From the NCBI GenBank assembly GCA_964447155.1, contig CAYURM010000012.1, forward strand, positions 14,916-78,915: DNA of 64,000 bases, written 5' to 3'. Shown here piece after piece: positions 17,843 through 27,557 of the stretch. This stretch comes from an uncultured Anaerolineaceae bacterium (GTDB lineage Bacteria; Chloroflexota; Anaerolineae; Anaerolineales; Anaerolineaceae). Below the pieces are notes generated by a model. The model made no database searches, was not told where the DNA came from, and was given only the letters and a program-made list of their open reading frames with translations. Position 1 is the first letter of the stretch. Each line of letters opens with the position of its first letter. Position numbers and translations under genes: made by a program.

Positions 17843-18739
17843 ATGAGCAATAATACAAATCATACAGAACCAGTTTCGAATTCAATCGACTCAGCACCGG
17901 CATCGCAGAGCAGCCCGGTTGTAGACTGGCTGATCAGATGGGCGAAAGGCGCTATGGTAGGCATTGGCGCAATCGTCCCGGGCTTTTCGGGTGGCGTACT
18001 TGCGGTAGTTTTTGGCATCTATGAACCCATGATTCGCTTTCTGGGAAACATGCGCGTCAAGTTCTGGAAAAATGTCCGCTACTTCCTGCCTGTGGGTATC
18101 GGCGGTGTGATTGGCGTGGTGGCCTTCTCCGCAGTTGTGGATTATGCCTTCAGCTCCTACCCGGCCCAATTCACCTGGCTCTTCATCGGCTTCATTGCCG
18201 GCACCTTTCCTTCTTTGGTCAAGGTATCCGGAAAAGAAGGGCGTAAATCCTGGCATTGGCTGCTCCTGGCAGGAATGGTTATCCTTACCTTTTTCTACAT
18301 GCGCTGGATGGAAACCATCCAGAACGTCACCATGGCACCCAATATCTGGGGCTGGTTGTTAAGCGGCATATTGATGGGGTTGGGATTGGTCGTCCCCGGG
18401 ATGAGCCCTTCCAATTTCCTGATCTACCTGGGGCTTTACCAGCCGATGGCGAGCGGCATCCGCCAGCTTGATCTGGGCGTCATCCTGCCCATCATGCTGG
18501 GCGTCGTCATCTGCATTTTCACCTTCGCCAAACTATTCTCGTGGCTGTTCAAGAAAGCCTATGCCTTGATGTATCATCTCATCCTCGGCATTGTGGTGGG
18601 CTCTACCGCAGCGATCATCCCCCGCGGCGTCAGCGGCTGGACCATCGCAGTCTGTGCAGCGCTCTTCGCTTTTGGAGCAATTGCTTCCTATGCACTGTCC
18701 AAACTGGACGAAAAACACCCCCACGAATCATTATTCTAG
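17843..18739 (+). CDS. DUF368-family membrane protein (family implicated in polyprenyl-phosphate recycling)
   Basis: GAIVPGFSGGVLAVVFGIYEP and a second half GLVVPGMSPSNFLIYLG, the typical internal repeat of DUF368. About 8 TM segments. Start at ATG 17843 (GAGAGGAA SD). Confidence 0.85.
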   Translation: MSNNTNHTEPVSNSIDSAPASQSSPVVDWLIRWAKGAMVGIGAIVPGFSGGVLAVVFGIYEPMIRFLGNMRVKFWKNVRYFLPVGIGGVIGVVAFSAVVDYAFSSYPAQFTWLFIGFIAGTFPSLVKVSGKEGRKSWHWLLLAGMVILTFFYMRWMETIQNVTMAPNIWGWLLSGILMGLGLVVPGMSPSNFLIYLGLYQPMASGIRQLDLGVILPIMLGVVICIFTFAKLFSWLFKKAYALMYHLILGIVVGSTAAIIPRGVSGWTIAVCAALFAFGAIASYALSKLDEKHPHESLF

Positions 18740-18776
18740 TCCCCGTCAAACACATCTGATTTTTGGATGAAAATAA

Positions 18777-18818
18777 AACCTTCGCCAGTTATATTGAAAC
18801 GACTGGCGAAGGTTTTTT
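18777..18818. terminator. Bidirectional rho-independent terminator
   Basis: 13-bp perfect stem AACCTTCGCCAGT / ACTGGCGAAGGTT (18777-18789 / 18802-18814) with a 12-nt loop, then TTTT. A-rich on the left. Lies between convergent genes. Confidence 0.8.
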
Positions 18819-18853
18819 AGGAAATTACGGCAAAGGATAGCAGAATATCTAAT

Positions 18854-19966
18854 TTACTCCTCCTTGGTATCCAGCATCTTCATCAGCCGCTTCCAGCCTG
18901 CTTTTACACCAGGCGCGTTCTGCCGCCAGGTGCCCACCAAACCATTCGGCAGAAAAATCACGATCAAAATGAACAACAACCCGAATACCAGCGGCCAGCG
19001 CGGGCCAAACCAGGTATAAAAGAACTGTCCGACAATCTGCATCAAACCCGCTCCCAGAATTGGCCCTACCAGCGTACCAATCCCCCCCAGAATGGTCATA
19101 ATCAAAGCGTTAACCGTGGTGGCCGCAGAAGTCATCCCCGGCGTAGCGCTCATATTCCAGATCGACCACAACCCGCCCGCCAGTCCGGCCACCATCGCGG
19201 ATACACAAAAAGCATAGGTGCGATAAACTGCCGGATTAAAACCTATCATCCGCACCCGGCTTTCATTCTCACGCAAAGCAATGAACACCCGCCCGGTCGG
19301 CGATTCAGTCACCCGCTTGACAAACAGATACATCACCACCAAAAAGCCCAGCGACACAAAATACATGGTCAGCCGGTGTTGGGTCGGATTCAACCATTCG
19401 GGCACCAGCACACCGTGCAGTCCCTCATCGGCTCCCGTCCATTCAACAAAATCAGTTGCCTTCGAAAGGATATGAAAGGCATTGCCAATCGCCAGAGTCA
19501 ACATGGCAAAATACGCCCCTTTCAGGCGAATGGATGTCGCACTGAAGAGCAAGCCCAACAGGATCGATACAATCACCACCAAAACGACCGCCAGAATAAA
19601 AATCACCACCGAAGTGATATCCACCCCGCCGGGCAAAGTGACCAGGAATTTATCACTGATCTTCGGGCCGACATGGGTCAGGAACAAGGCCATCGCATAC
19701 GCCCCGCCGCCAAAAAATGCCGCGTGTCCAAAAGTCAGGATGCCCGTATAGCCAATCAACAAGTCATAACTCATCGCATATACCGCCATAATAAAGAAAG
19801 CGATCAACTGACCCTGCCAGAACTTGGAGACTCCCCTGTCAACCGGTACACCGCTGATCAGACTAAAGACAAAAGGAAACAGAACAAACGCCAGAACAAT
19901 CAGGGAACCTGCCAGGTTCTCCTTCAGCCAGCTTTGTTTTTCCGCAGTCTGTTGTGTGTTTTTCAT
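18854..19966 (-). CDS. Branched-chain amino acid (HAAT) type ABC transporter permease, LivM-like
   Basis: Multi-TM protein with the LivM-type conserved C-terminal half (TLVGPILGAGLMQIVGQFF). In an operon with LivH/F/G-like genes. Confidence 0.9.
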   Translation of the reverse strand: MKNTQQTAEKQSWLKENLAGSLIVLAFVLFPFVFSLISGVPVDRGVSKFWQGQLIAFFIMAVYAMSYDLLIGYTGILTFGHAAFFGGGAYAMALFLTHVGPKISDKFLVTLPGGVDITSVVIFILAVVLVVIVSILLGLLFSATSIRLKGAYFAMLTLAIGNAFHILSKATDFVEWTGADEGLHGVLVPEWLNPTQHRLTMYFVSLGFLVVMYLFVKRVTESPTGRVFIALRENESRVRMIGFNPAVYRTYAFCVSAMVAGLAGGLWSIWNMSATPGMTSAATTVNALIMTILGGIGTLVGPILGAGLMQIVGQFFYTWFGPRWPLVFGLLFILIVIFLPNGLVGTWRQNAPGVKAGWKRLMKMLDTKEE

Positions 19967-19971
19967 CTGCG

Positions 19972-21468
19972 TTACTCCTTCTTCCCAAACAAGCCGGATG
20001 GTTTTACAAGCAAAACAATCACCATGATGATCACCGTTGAAGCCTCTGCAACCGCCGGAGAAAGCGATAATTTGAGCGCGAAATAATCACCAAACGCGCG
20101 CGCCATGCCCAGCAAAAGCGCACCAATGAATGCGCCCACATAGCTGCCCATCCCGCCAATCACCACCGTGATAAACCCCTGCATTTGAAAGGCATCCCCC
20201 ATTTCCGGCTTCACCGGAATAAACGGCGCAGCGCCAATCCCGCCTAATGCCGCCATTGCCGTTCCCAGGGCAAATACCAGCAGAAAAACCCGCTGTACAT
20301 TAATACCCAAGGCTTCCACCATCTCACGATCCTGCACACCGGCGCGAATAATCATTCCAATCCGCGTGCGCTGCATCAACAGGATCAACCCAATAAACAT
20401 GATCACCCCCAAAAAGATGATGAAAATGCGATAACTGGGAAAAGTAACCCCCATAATGTCCACCGTCGTATTATTCCCGCTGAACCACGCCAGCAAATTT
20501 GGCGCTTTTCCCGGCTGAGAAAAAGCCGGCGGCCGGCTCATTTGATAGGCCAACGGGTCCCACAACAGCTGCACAACCTCACGGATCACAAACGACAATC
20601 CCAGCGTCATCAACACAATAAAGAAAGGCCGTACATACAATGTGCGCACCAGCACGCGCTCCACTGCCACACCCAGCCCAAAGCCCGACAAAGTGCCTAC
20701 CACCAAAGACAATAAAAAGCGCAGGTTTCCATTCATTAACAAGACCGCCACCGGCCCAGATTCGCGTACCAGCACCAGCACGATGGTCAAGACAAGCAAT
20801 AACCCAAAGCCAATCCATCCCTTCCGAACAGCAGACTTGTCCACCGAATGGGTTTTATCCCCGGGGCGGGCAGACGCCAGCGCAATCAGGCCGCCTGCAA
20901 GCATCAACAGAAGCGGGCGGAACCAGAATAACCCCAGCGGTTCCTGAGCAGAGATTTCCGCCAGCGGATCCGTGGCAGATACGGCAATAGAAACCATCGC
21001 CGTATCCGCCAGACCGAGAAAGTCCACGCCGCGCACCGCAATGAAGCTCAACACCACTGCCACGACATTCAGCAAGCGGGGCAGCTGCTTCTGCCTCTCC
21101 TCCGAAAGTTTCCACCGGACAACCAGCGGTTGCAATACCAGGAGCAGCGACATTCCCGTAATGAACGCCGCAATCAGCGGCACAATCCCGAACAAAAAAG
21201 TAGGATTGGTGTAAAACTGCCACCCCATGTACGCCCCCAGCATAAACATGGAACCGTGTGCGAAATTCAGCACATCCATCAAACCAAAGATGAGTGTCAA
21301 CCCGGCCGCCACCATGAAAAACAGGGAGCCTAAGGTCAAACCCGAAAGCGCCGTGCGCACGAAAGACTGTGTGCCCATTCCCGTCAACCCAAGGATCGTC
21401 AGCACAATTACCATTACGGTCAAAATGATCAACATGCGGTTATCCCGCCAGAGTTCCTTAAGCCTCAT
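19972..21468 (-). CDS. HAAT-type ABC transporter permease, LivH-like, with a large internal insertion (498 aa)
   Basis: N-terminal LNFAHGSMFMLGAYMG and C-terminal IIRAGVQDREMVEALGINV...VIGGMGSYVGAFIGALLLG LivH motifs, separated by far more sequence than usual. Confidence 0.85.
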   Translation of the reverse strand: MRLKELWRDNRMLIILTVMVIVLTILGLTGMGTQSFVRTALSGLTLGSLFFMVAAGLTLIFGLMDVLNFAHGSMFMLGAYMGWQFYTNPTFLFGIVPLIAAFITGMSLLLVLQPLVVRWKLSEERQKQLPRLLNVVAVVLSFIAVRGVDFLGLADTAMVSIAVSATDPLAEISAQEPLGLFWFRPLLLMLAGGLIALASARPGDKTHSVDKSAVRKGWIGFGLLLVLTIVLVLVRESGPVAVLLMNGNLRFLLSLVVGTLSGFGLGVAVERVLVRTLYVRPFFIVLMTLGLSFVIREVVQLLWDPLAYQMSRPPAFSQPGKAPNLLAWFSGNNTTVDIMGVTFPSYRIFIIFLGVIMFIGLILLMQRTRIGMIIRAGVQDREMVEALGINVQRVFLLVFALGTAMAALGGIGAAPFIPVKPEMGDAFQMQGFITVVIGGMGSYVGAFIGALLLGMARAFGDYFALKLSLSPAVAEASTVIIMVIVLLVKPSGLFGKKE

Positions 21469-22193
21469 TTCTTGCCTCCTGTGGAACCCATTGATGTCCC
21501 TAAATACTGATAGATCAATTCTTCATCGCCTACCAGGTCTTTCATTAATCCTTCATGCACCGACTTGCCATCATCAATAATATAGAAATATTTCGCTAAT
21601 TGGCTCGCCATCAGAAAATTCTGTTCAACCAGCAAAACCGTAGAAGTGGCACTTAATATACGAATCGCCTCCATCATCTCTTGAATCAGAATCGGGGCCA
21701 GCCCTTCGCTGGGTTCATCAATTAATAGCAATTTGTTGTCCGGCACCAGCGCACGTGCTACAGCCAGCATCTGCTGCTGCCCGCCCGAAAGATGGTTGCC
21801 GGGTAATTTGTATAACCGTTTCAAGTCAGGGAACAAGGAAAAGATGAAATCTGCTTTACTTTCCAGATCACCTTTTTTTCGTTCGGCAATTTTCAGATTT
21901 TCGCCTACCGACAGATCACGGAACACCGCGCGATGTTCGGGCACATACCCAATTCCCATACTCGCAATGTCGTAAGCCCGCTTTCCCTGAATTTCCTTCC
22001 CCTGATACACTACTGTCCCCTCTCGGGGCGGGGTAAGCCCAAGGATGGACTTCAAGGTTGTCGTTTTTCCCGCACCGTTGCGCCCCAGAAGAACAGTGAT
22101 CGTCCCCGGCTGCACAGCAATCGAAACACCTTCAAGAATATGAAATTGCCCAATAAAGGTGTGAATATTTTTTACCTCAAGGGTGTTTTCCAC
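21465..22193 (-). CDS. HAAT-type ABC transporter ATP-binding protein, LivF-like
   Basis: Walker A GRNGAGKTT, signature LSGGQQQM, Walker B LLLIDEPS. Confidence 0.92.
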   Translation of the reverse strand: MENTLEVKNIHTFIGQFHILEGVSIAVQPGTITVLLGRNGAGKTTTLKSILGLTPPREGTVVYQGKEIQGKRAYDIASMGIGYVPEHRAVFRDLSVGENLKIAERKKGDLESKADFIFSLFPDLKRLYKLPGNHLSGGQQQMLAVARALVPDNKLLLIDEPSEGLAPILIQEMMEAIRILSATSTVLLVEQNFLMASQLAKYFYIIDDGKSVHEGLMKDLVGDEELIYQYLGTSMGSTGGKK

Positions 22194-22194
22194 A

Positions 22195-22992
22195 CTAACC
22201 CTCCTGCAGCGACATCAAGTCGCCGTAAAGATCACCCAGGTATGCTTTCTGCACAATCTGGTTGCCTGCAATCTCACGTGGATCACCCTCTGCCAGTACC
22301 TGTCCCTGGTTCATCACAGTGATCTTGTCAGAAATGCGCATGACCATATCCATACGGTGCTCAACCAATACAATCGTCTTATCCCCCAAATCCATGATCG
22401 AACGAACGATTTCCAATAATACCGGCACCTGATCTGAAGACATGCCGGCCGTGGGTTCATCCAGCAGCAGCACTTCAGGGTCGCTTGCCAGCATAATGCC
22501 TAATTCCAGTTTGCGCTTGTCGCCATGGGGCAGGTTTTTAGCAAGCACAGTCTCACGCCCCTGCAAGCCCACCTGCGAGATAACAGCATGCGTTTTATCA
22601 AGGTAAGCCTGCATGTTTGCCGCACGGTGCAATAATTTATAATTCTCTTTGCCCATTGCCTGAGCGGCCAGGCGGATATTTTCAATCACATCCAGATTGG
22701 GAAAAATATTGGTGATCTGGAAAGACCTGCCCATCCCCAAAAGTGCAATGCGATGCGGCGCTGTGTTGGTAATATCCTGTTCTTTGAAAAAAACTTTGCC
22801 GCTGGTAGGAGGCATTACCCCACTCAACAGATTAAACAACGTCGTCTTCCCTGCCCCATTCGGTCCTATGATCGAATGCAGAGTCTTTGCCTGCACTTGA
22901 ATGCTGGCATCGTCCACCGCCACCAGGCCGCCGAATGCTTTTCGCAGGTTTTTTGCTTCGAGAATAATTCCCTGTTCCGAATTCATGGGCAA
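22195..22992 (-). CDS. HAAT-type ABC transporter ATP-binding protein, LivG-like
   Basis: Walker A GPNGAGKTT, signature-like LPHGDKRKLE, Walker B LLLLDEPTAG. Confidence 0.92.
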   Translation of the reverse strand: MPMNSEQGIILEAKNLRKAFGGLVAVDDASIQVQAKTLHSIIGPNGAGKTTLFNLLSGVMPPTSGKVFFKEQDITNTAPHRIALLGMGRSFQITNIFPNLDVIENIRLAAQAMGKENYKLLHRAANMQAYLDKTHAVISQVGLQGRETVLAKNLPHGDKRKLELGIMLASDPEVLLLDEPTAGMSSDQVPVLLEIVRSIMDLGDKTIVLVEHRMDMVMRISDKITVMNQGQVLAEGDPREIAGNQIVQKAYLGDLYGDLMSLQEG

Positions 22993-23029
22993 AAACCTCT
23001 CTACGAATAATTTTGAATTAAATACGATG

Positions 23030-23065
23030 TGCAGGGACAGACCCGTTTAGCGGTCTGCCCCTGCA
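23030..23065 (-). other. Intercistronic stem-loop between the substrate-binding protein gene and the ATPase genes
   Basis: TGCAGGGACAGACC / GGTCTGCCCCTGCA gives 13 of 14 base pairs with an 8-nt loop. On the transcribed (minus) strand the U-run precedes the hairpin, so this is not a canonical terminator. It is more likely an mRNA stability or processing element. Confidence 0.5.
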
Positions 23066-23083
23066 AAAAACGATATCCAGGAA

Positions 23084-24457
23084 CTAGGGGGTTGGCAAAT
23101 CGCCGCAGCGATCCGCATACTCCCCAACCAGCGTGCAAGGCACGCCCAGCTCGTCGTAGGCACTGACGTACACGGTCTCGAAGAATTCATATTCGTTGAT
23201 GCCGTCACCATCTACATCGGGGGTCAGGTTGACCAGACGCAGAATGTTCATCGGCTGTTCGCAAACGTGATCTTCAGGGCGAATGTAGTAGGTGCCCTTC
23301 GGGCCGTCAAATTTCAGGCCTTCCAATGCGGGGATCATCTTGTCAGCTGCTGCGTCACCGCCAGTGGTTTCCAACGCGCTGGCAAGTGCCAGCGCAGAAG
23401 CCATACCGCCAGCAGTAAACAGATCAGGATACTCGCCATATTCTTCCAGGTGGCGCTCCACCAGCCAGTCGTTCACTTCATTTTCAGGCACGGTGTAATG
23501 GTAAACGTTCAAACCAATTTGACCCATTGCAGCGCCGTAAACAGCCGCGAAAGAAGCGTTATCGCCATAGCCGGTACCCACTGTCATTTGTTCCAAAGCG
23601 CCCAGGTCATTCAAGGCCTGGAAGAGAGTCACATAGCCGGTGCCTGCCCAGGTCAGGAACAGGTTTTCAGCGCCTGAGTCCATCGCCTGCTGGATATAGG
23701 GAGTGAAATCGGTGGTGTCGAAAGGCGCGTAAATGTCAGCAACCACTTCACCGCCAAATTTCTCAACAGAATACTTCAAAGCGGCGCCGCTGCCCTGACC
23801 AAAAGCATTGTCGATCCCGATATGTGCAAATGTCGGGCCAACATTCTCAACCAGATACTTTGCGATCACAAGTGTATCGTCATAGTTCGTGCGCGCGGTG
23901 CGGAACACGTATGGATTAAAATATTCGCCGGTGGTGAAAGCAGAAGCAGCCGGATCAACCATCAGGATAATCTCGTTTTCTTTGGCAACTGTGGTCAATG
24001 CCGCTGCAACAGCCGAGGAAACGGGGCCCTGGATCAATTCAACGCCTTCTTTTTCAATCAGTTCCAACGCCAGTTGAACACCCTTTTCAGGGTTGCCTTC
24101 GGTATCACGGCCAATCACCTCAACCGGGCGGCCAGCAATCACCCAGCGGCCTTCTTCATCCTGCTTGCCGCCAGAGGCATATTCCAGGCCCAGTTCAAAA
24201 CCGCGTACCTGCTGTTCACCATACAAGGCCATCGCACCCGAAAGCATACCCAGTTGACCGATCTTCAATACTTCACCCATCGGCTCTTCTTCGGTTACAG
24301 GTGCTTCCTCAGCAACAGGTTCTTCAACCACCGGTTCTTCAACAGCCACAGGCTCTTCAACCACAGGTTCTTCAGGGGCAGGCGCAGCAGTAACACATGC
24401 GCTCAACACCAAAGAAAGCACAAGCAAAATCGCAAAAATCGAATAACTCTTCTTCAT
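23084..24457 (-). CDS. ABC transporter substrate-binding lipoprotein (Leu/Ile/Val-binding-protein family fold)
   Basis: MKKSYSIFAILLVLSLVLSAC signal peptide with lipobox, an acidic (EEPV)n linker, then a periplasmic-binding-protein type I domain. AAGGAG SD upstream of ATG 24457. Confidence 0.9.
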   Translation of the reverse strand: MKKSYSIFAILLVLSLVLSACVTAAPAPEEPVVEEPVAVEEPVVEEPVAEEAPVTEEEPMGEVLKIGQLGMLSGAMALYGEQQVRGFELGLEYASGGKQDEEGRWVIAGRPVEVIGRDTEGNPEKGVQLALELIEKEGVELIQGPVSSAVAAALTTVAKENEIILMVDPAASAFTTGEYFNPYVFRTARTNYDDTLVIAKYLVENVGPTFAHIGIDNAFGQGSGAALKYSVEKFGGEVVADIYAPFDTTDFTPYIQQAMDSGAENLFLTWAGTGYVTLFQALNDLGALEQMTVGTGYGDNASFAAVYGAAMGQIGLNVYHYTVPENEVNDWLVERHLEEYGEYPDLFTAGGMASALALASALETTGGDAAADKMIPALEGLKFDGPKGTYYIRPEDHVCEQPMNILRLVNLTPDVDGDGINEYEFFETVYVSAYDELGVPCTLVGEYADRCGDLPTP

Positions 24458-24599
24458 TTGGACATACTCCTTTATGTTTTTTACCTTTGATGGTAACAAC
24501 TACCATCACCGATCAAGACGGATCATCTATTCTGAATATACTCGCTGCCGATACACCTCCTCTCAAAACGGGTGGATTTCAGTATGTGTGAATCACCTG

Positions 24600-25025
24600 T
24601 TACGATGAGATTTTCTCCAATACCATCAAAACCGCTTCGCCGGTCAATAACTGTTTATTCGCCTGGTTATAGCAGTCGGTTCGCAGACACACGATACGTT
24701 TCTCAGTCTCCACAGAAACCACTTCCACCGAAGCCGTCACCGTATCGCCAATGAAAATTGGCGCCAAAAATTCAAACTGCTGACGCAGAAAAACAAATGC
24801 CGGCCCAGGTAATTGATTGCCCAAAACAGCCGAAACCAGACCTCCTGCCAGCATGGGCGATGCCGTCCGTGTACCCATCCGGGTCTTGCTGGCATACTCT
24901 TCGTTAACATGCAGCGGGCTGAAATCACCAACCACCCCCGCATACAACACCACATCCGCTTCAGTGATTGTCTTCGACAGCTTTGCACGCTGCCCCACCT
25001 GGATGGCAGGCATTGGCGTAACCAT
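24600..25025 (-). CDS. MaoC-like (R)-specific enoyl-CoA hydratase / hot-dog fold dehydratase
   Basis: Hydratase 2 motif YAGVVGDFSPLHVNEEYA (Asp and His retained). 141 aa. Its start overlaps the upstream stop (TAATG). Confidence 0.85.
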   Translation of the reverse strand: MVTPMPAIQVGQRAKLSKTITEADVVLYAGVVGDFSPLHVNEEYASKTRMGTRTASPMLAGGLVSAVLGNQLPGPAFVFLRQQFEFLAPIFIGDTVTASVEVVSVETEKRIVCLRTDCYNQANKQLLTGEAVLMVLEKISS

Positions 25026-25828
25026 TACGCTTCCTCACTGTGCTTGGTAAAGAACCCCAGCAGCAGGGTGTTAAAAATGTCCGGCTGCTCCAGACAAACT
25101 GCGTGCCCGCCATAAGGAATAATAACAAATTCCGCATTCGGAATTTCCGAGACCATCATTTCGCTGTACTTGCGCGATTTCAATAGATCATTCTCGGCCA
25201 CAATCACCAGCGTGGGAGCTGTGATCTGATGCAGCTCCGGGGTGATATGGAAACCCAAAAAACTGTCCATCAGCCGCAGGAAGGCCTCAAAATCCAGTTG
25301 GTGATAACGTTCGCGTGCTGCGGCCAATGCCGGGCGGTGCTTCGCAATCCACTCACCTGAAAAATTCAGCGGATACGTCACCTCAAACAATAGATCAGCA
25401 TCTTTTGCTTTTGCCGCCGTCACCCAGCTCTCACACTGCGCTTTCAGCAGCGCATCAATCTGGCTGACGCCGTCCGCCAGCACCAAAGACCGGACGCGCT
25501 GCGGGTATTTGATCGCAAATGCCATACTGACTTCAGAACCGTAGGAGATACCCGCAATATGAGCCTGCTCAACCGCAAGGGCATCCAGCAATCCGGCCAG
25601 ATCAGCCGCGTGCATCTCCATGCTATAGGGTCCCTCAGGATGGTCAGACTGCCACATACCTCGGCAGTCATAAAGCAAAACCCGAAACTTGTTTGCCAAA
25701 GCAGCGGTCTGAAATGCCCAACTGGCGGTACTCATCAGCACACCGTTCGAAAGCACAACAACTTCTGCCTCCTCCGGGCCATGCAATTCATAATACATTT
25801 CAATTCCATTAACAACAGCTTTTGGCAT
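25025..25828 (-). CDS. Alpha/beta hydrolase (267 aa)
   Basis: Nucleophile elbow GISYGS, oxyanion region VVLSNGVLMS, and a C-terminal GGHAV His motif. Confidence 0.85.
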   Translation of the reverse strand: MPKAVVNGIEMYYELHGPEEAEVVVLSNGVLMSTASWAFQTAALANKFRVLLYDCRGMWQSDHPEGPYSMEMHAADLAGLLDALAVEQAHIAGISYGSEVSMAFAIKYPQRVRSLVLADGVSQIDALLKAQCESWVTAAKAKDADLLFEVTYPLNFSGEWIAKHRPALAAARERYHQLDFEAFLRLMDSFLGFHITPELHQITAPTLVIVAENDLLKSRKYSEMMVSEIPNAEFVIIPYGGHAVCLEQPDIFNTLLLGFFTKHSEEA

Positions 25829-25857
25829 TCAATTTCGCCTTTCGCAAAAACTGCGAG

Positions 25858-26274
25858 CTAGCAGGGCTCAAACCCCAGGAAGGTCTTGACGGCATCATCC
25901 TTGCCGCGTTCCACAAATACCGCCCGTACTGGCGTGCCGATCTGGATCGACTCGGGCTGTGAAACATCCACACCCAGAATCTGCGCGCTGACCACCGGCC
26001 CTTCTTCCAGCTCCACCAATCCGGCACAATATGGTTTAAAACGATCATACCCCGCCTCAATCATCTGTGTCAGGCCGATATGAACAATTGTAAACGTACG
26101 CAGCACACCCTTGCCAGACATTTCAATGCCGTCCACCTTGTCGCTCCAGCAATTGGGGCAGATGGTGCGCGGCGGGCACTGTACGTCCCCGCAATCCGCG
26201 CAGCGCGAAGCAATCAAATTCTTCCCTTTCAGGGCATCATAAAATCCAACTGCTGTCAGGTCAACCATTTCCAT
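25858..26274 (-). CDS. DUF35 Zn-ribbon / OB-fold protein (thiolase partner)
   Basis: CADCGDVQCPPRTICPNCWS rubredoxin-like zinc ribbon followed by an OB-fold region. Starts 2 nt after the thiolase-like gene. Confidence 0.85.
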   Translation of the reverse strand: MEMVDLTAVGFYDALKGKNLIASRCADCGDVQCPPRTICPNCWSDKVDGIEMSGKGVLRTFTIVHIGLTQMIEAGYDRFKPYCAGLVELEEGPVVSAQILGVDVSQPESIQIGTPVRAVFVERGKDDAVKTFLGFEPC

Positions 26275-26276
26275 TC

Positions 26277-27542
26277 CTACCTCCGCTCAAAAATGTGCAC
26301 CAGACAGGTCTGCCCTGTACCGCCCACATTATGGGTTAATCCCAGATTGACGTCGCCAGCAAGCTGCCGTTCGCCGGCCTGCCCGCGCAGTTGTTTCCAG
26401 ATTTCAACTACCTGGCCCGCGCCGGAAGCCCCCACGGGATGACCTTTCGACTTCAAACCGCCGGACGTATTGATTGGCCGCACCCCATTGCGCGCCGTGG
26501 CCCCTTCCTCGGCTGCTGCCCCGCCTTGCCCGGGAGCAAAAAAGCCCAGATCTTCTGTCGCCAGCACTTCCGCCACAGTGAAGCAATCATGCACCTCGGC
26601 CAGCTTGATATCCTGCGGGGTAACGCCAGCCATTTCATAGGCCTTGTTTGCCGCAAGTTTCGCCGCCGGAATGGAGGTGAAAGTGGCGCGGCTATGCAAT
26701 GCACCGTCGCTGGCCGCGCCGCTGCCGATGATATACAACGGCTCATCGGTAAACTGTTTGGCAATCTCCTCACTCACCAGCAGCAGACTCACCGCACCAT
26801 CAGACACCGGCGAGCAGTCAAACAAACGCATCGGCCAGGCGATCATTGGATTCGCCCTATCATCCTTCAGAAAATCCATTTCCGTTTCCCAGGTCGGGAT
26901 CGGACGACCCTTCTTTTCGGCCCGGCGCTGCTTGCTAACCATGATATCCGCAATGCGCGCACCAAACTGCGCCTTCTCGTTCAACGCCCCATTTTCATGG
27001 TTCTTGTAACCAACCCGCATGAAGGTTTCCGGGGTGGCTCCATATTGATCCATGTATGCTGTAGCCATGGAAGCATAAAAGCCCGGAAAGGTGAAGCCTG
27101 CCGCGACTTCATAGGTCACATCTGCTGCTGTCGCCAATGTATCGGTCACTTTTTCGATCGGCAGATCCGACATTTTTTCCACGCCGGCCACCAGCACCAT
27201 ATCATACATGCCCGAAGCAATCGCCATGATTGCGTCACGCAGGGCGACACTGCTGCTGGCACACGCCCCTTCCAGCCGCACAGCCGGGATAGGCGACAAG
27301 CCCACCCAGTTTGCTAAAATCGGTGCCAGATGTGCCTGTCCTTCAAACAGGTCGCCGCTGAAATTGCCCAGATAGAATGCCTCAATATCCTTCGGATCAA
27401 GCCCTTTGTCCACCGAAGTCCGCATCTCCTGAAAGGCATCTACAAACAGGTCTCGCGAGGATTTGCCGGGAAATGCACCAAACTTGCTCATTCCGGCACC
27501 TACCACCGCCACACCTCGTCCTAATTTTCTCACACTCATCAA
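26277..27542 (-). CDS. SCP-x-type thiolase-like protein
   Basis: LEGACASSSVAL active-site Cys region plus the GHPVGASGAGQ and HNVGGTG C-terminal motifs. 421 aa. Confidence 0.9.
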   Translation of the reverse strand: MMSVRKLGRGVAVVGAGMSKFGAFPGKSSRDLFVDAFQEMRTSVDKGLDPKDIEAFYLGNFSGDLFEGQAHLAPILANWVGLSPIPAVRLEGACASSSVALRDAIMAIASGMYDMVLVAGVEKMSDLPIEKVTDTLATAADVTYEVAAGFTFPGFYASMATAYMDQYGATPETFMRVGYKNHENGALNEKAQFGARIADIMVSKQRRAEKKGRPIPTWETEMDFLKDDRANPMIAWPMRLFDCSPVSDGAVSLLLVSEEIAKQFTDEPLYIIGSGAASDGALHSRATFTSIPAAKLAANKAYEMAGVTPQDIKLAEVHDCFTVAEVLATEDLGFFAPGQGGAAAEEGATARNGVRPINTSGGLKSKGHPVGASGAGQVVEIWKQLRGQAGERQLAGDVNLGLTHNVGGTGQTCLVHIFERR

Positions 27543-27557
27543 TTTCTTCCTCTTGTC

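Noticed and set aside
23030-23071. Hairpin plus A6 run as a rho-independent terminator inside the ABC operon
   Set aside because: On the transcribed minus strand the U-run lies 5' of the stem, not 3'. On the plus strand the stem is followed by A6. It is therefore treated as an intercistronic stem-loop only.
24290-24390. Short tandem repeats that might suggest a CRISPR-like or VNTR locus
   Set aside because: The repeats are only 15-18 nt, contiguous without spacers, and in frame inside the substrate-binding lipoprotein gene, where they encode the (EEPV)n linker. This is not a CRISPR array.
26391-27317. 308-aa plus-strand ORF, together with 30404-31423 (339 aa), 33451-34365 (304 aa), 15671-16312 (213 aa) and 60561-61484 (307 aa)
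   Set aside because: All are antisense to genes with strong family signatures (thiolase-like, KAS III-like/SDR, STAND regulator, FeoB, Wzx). Their translations are Arg/His/Pro/Gly-rich with no recognisable motifs.
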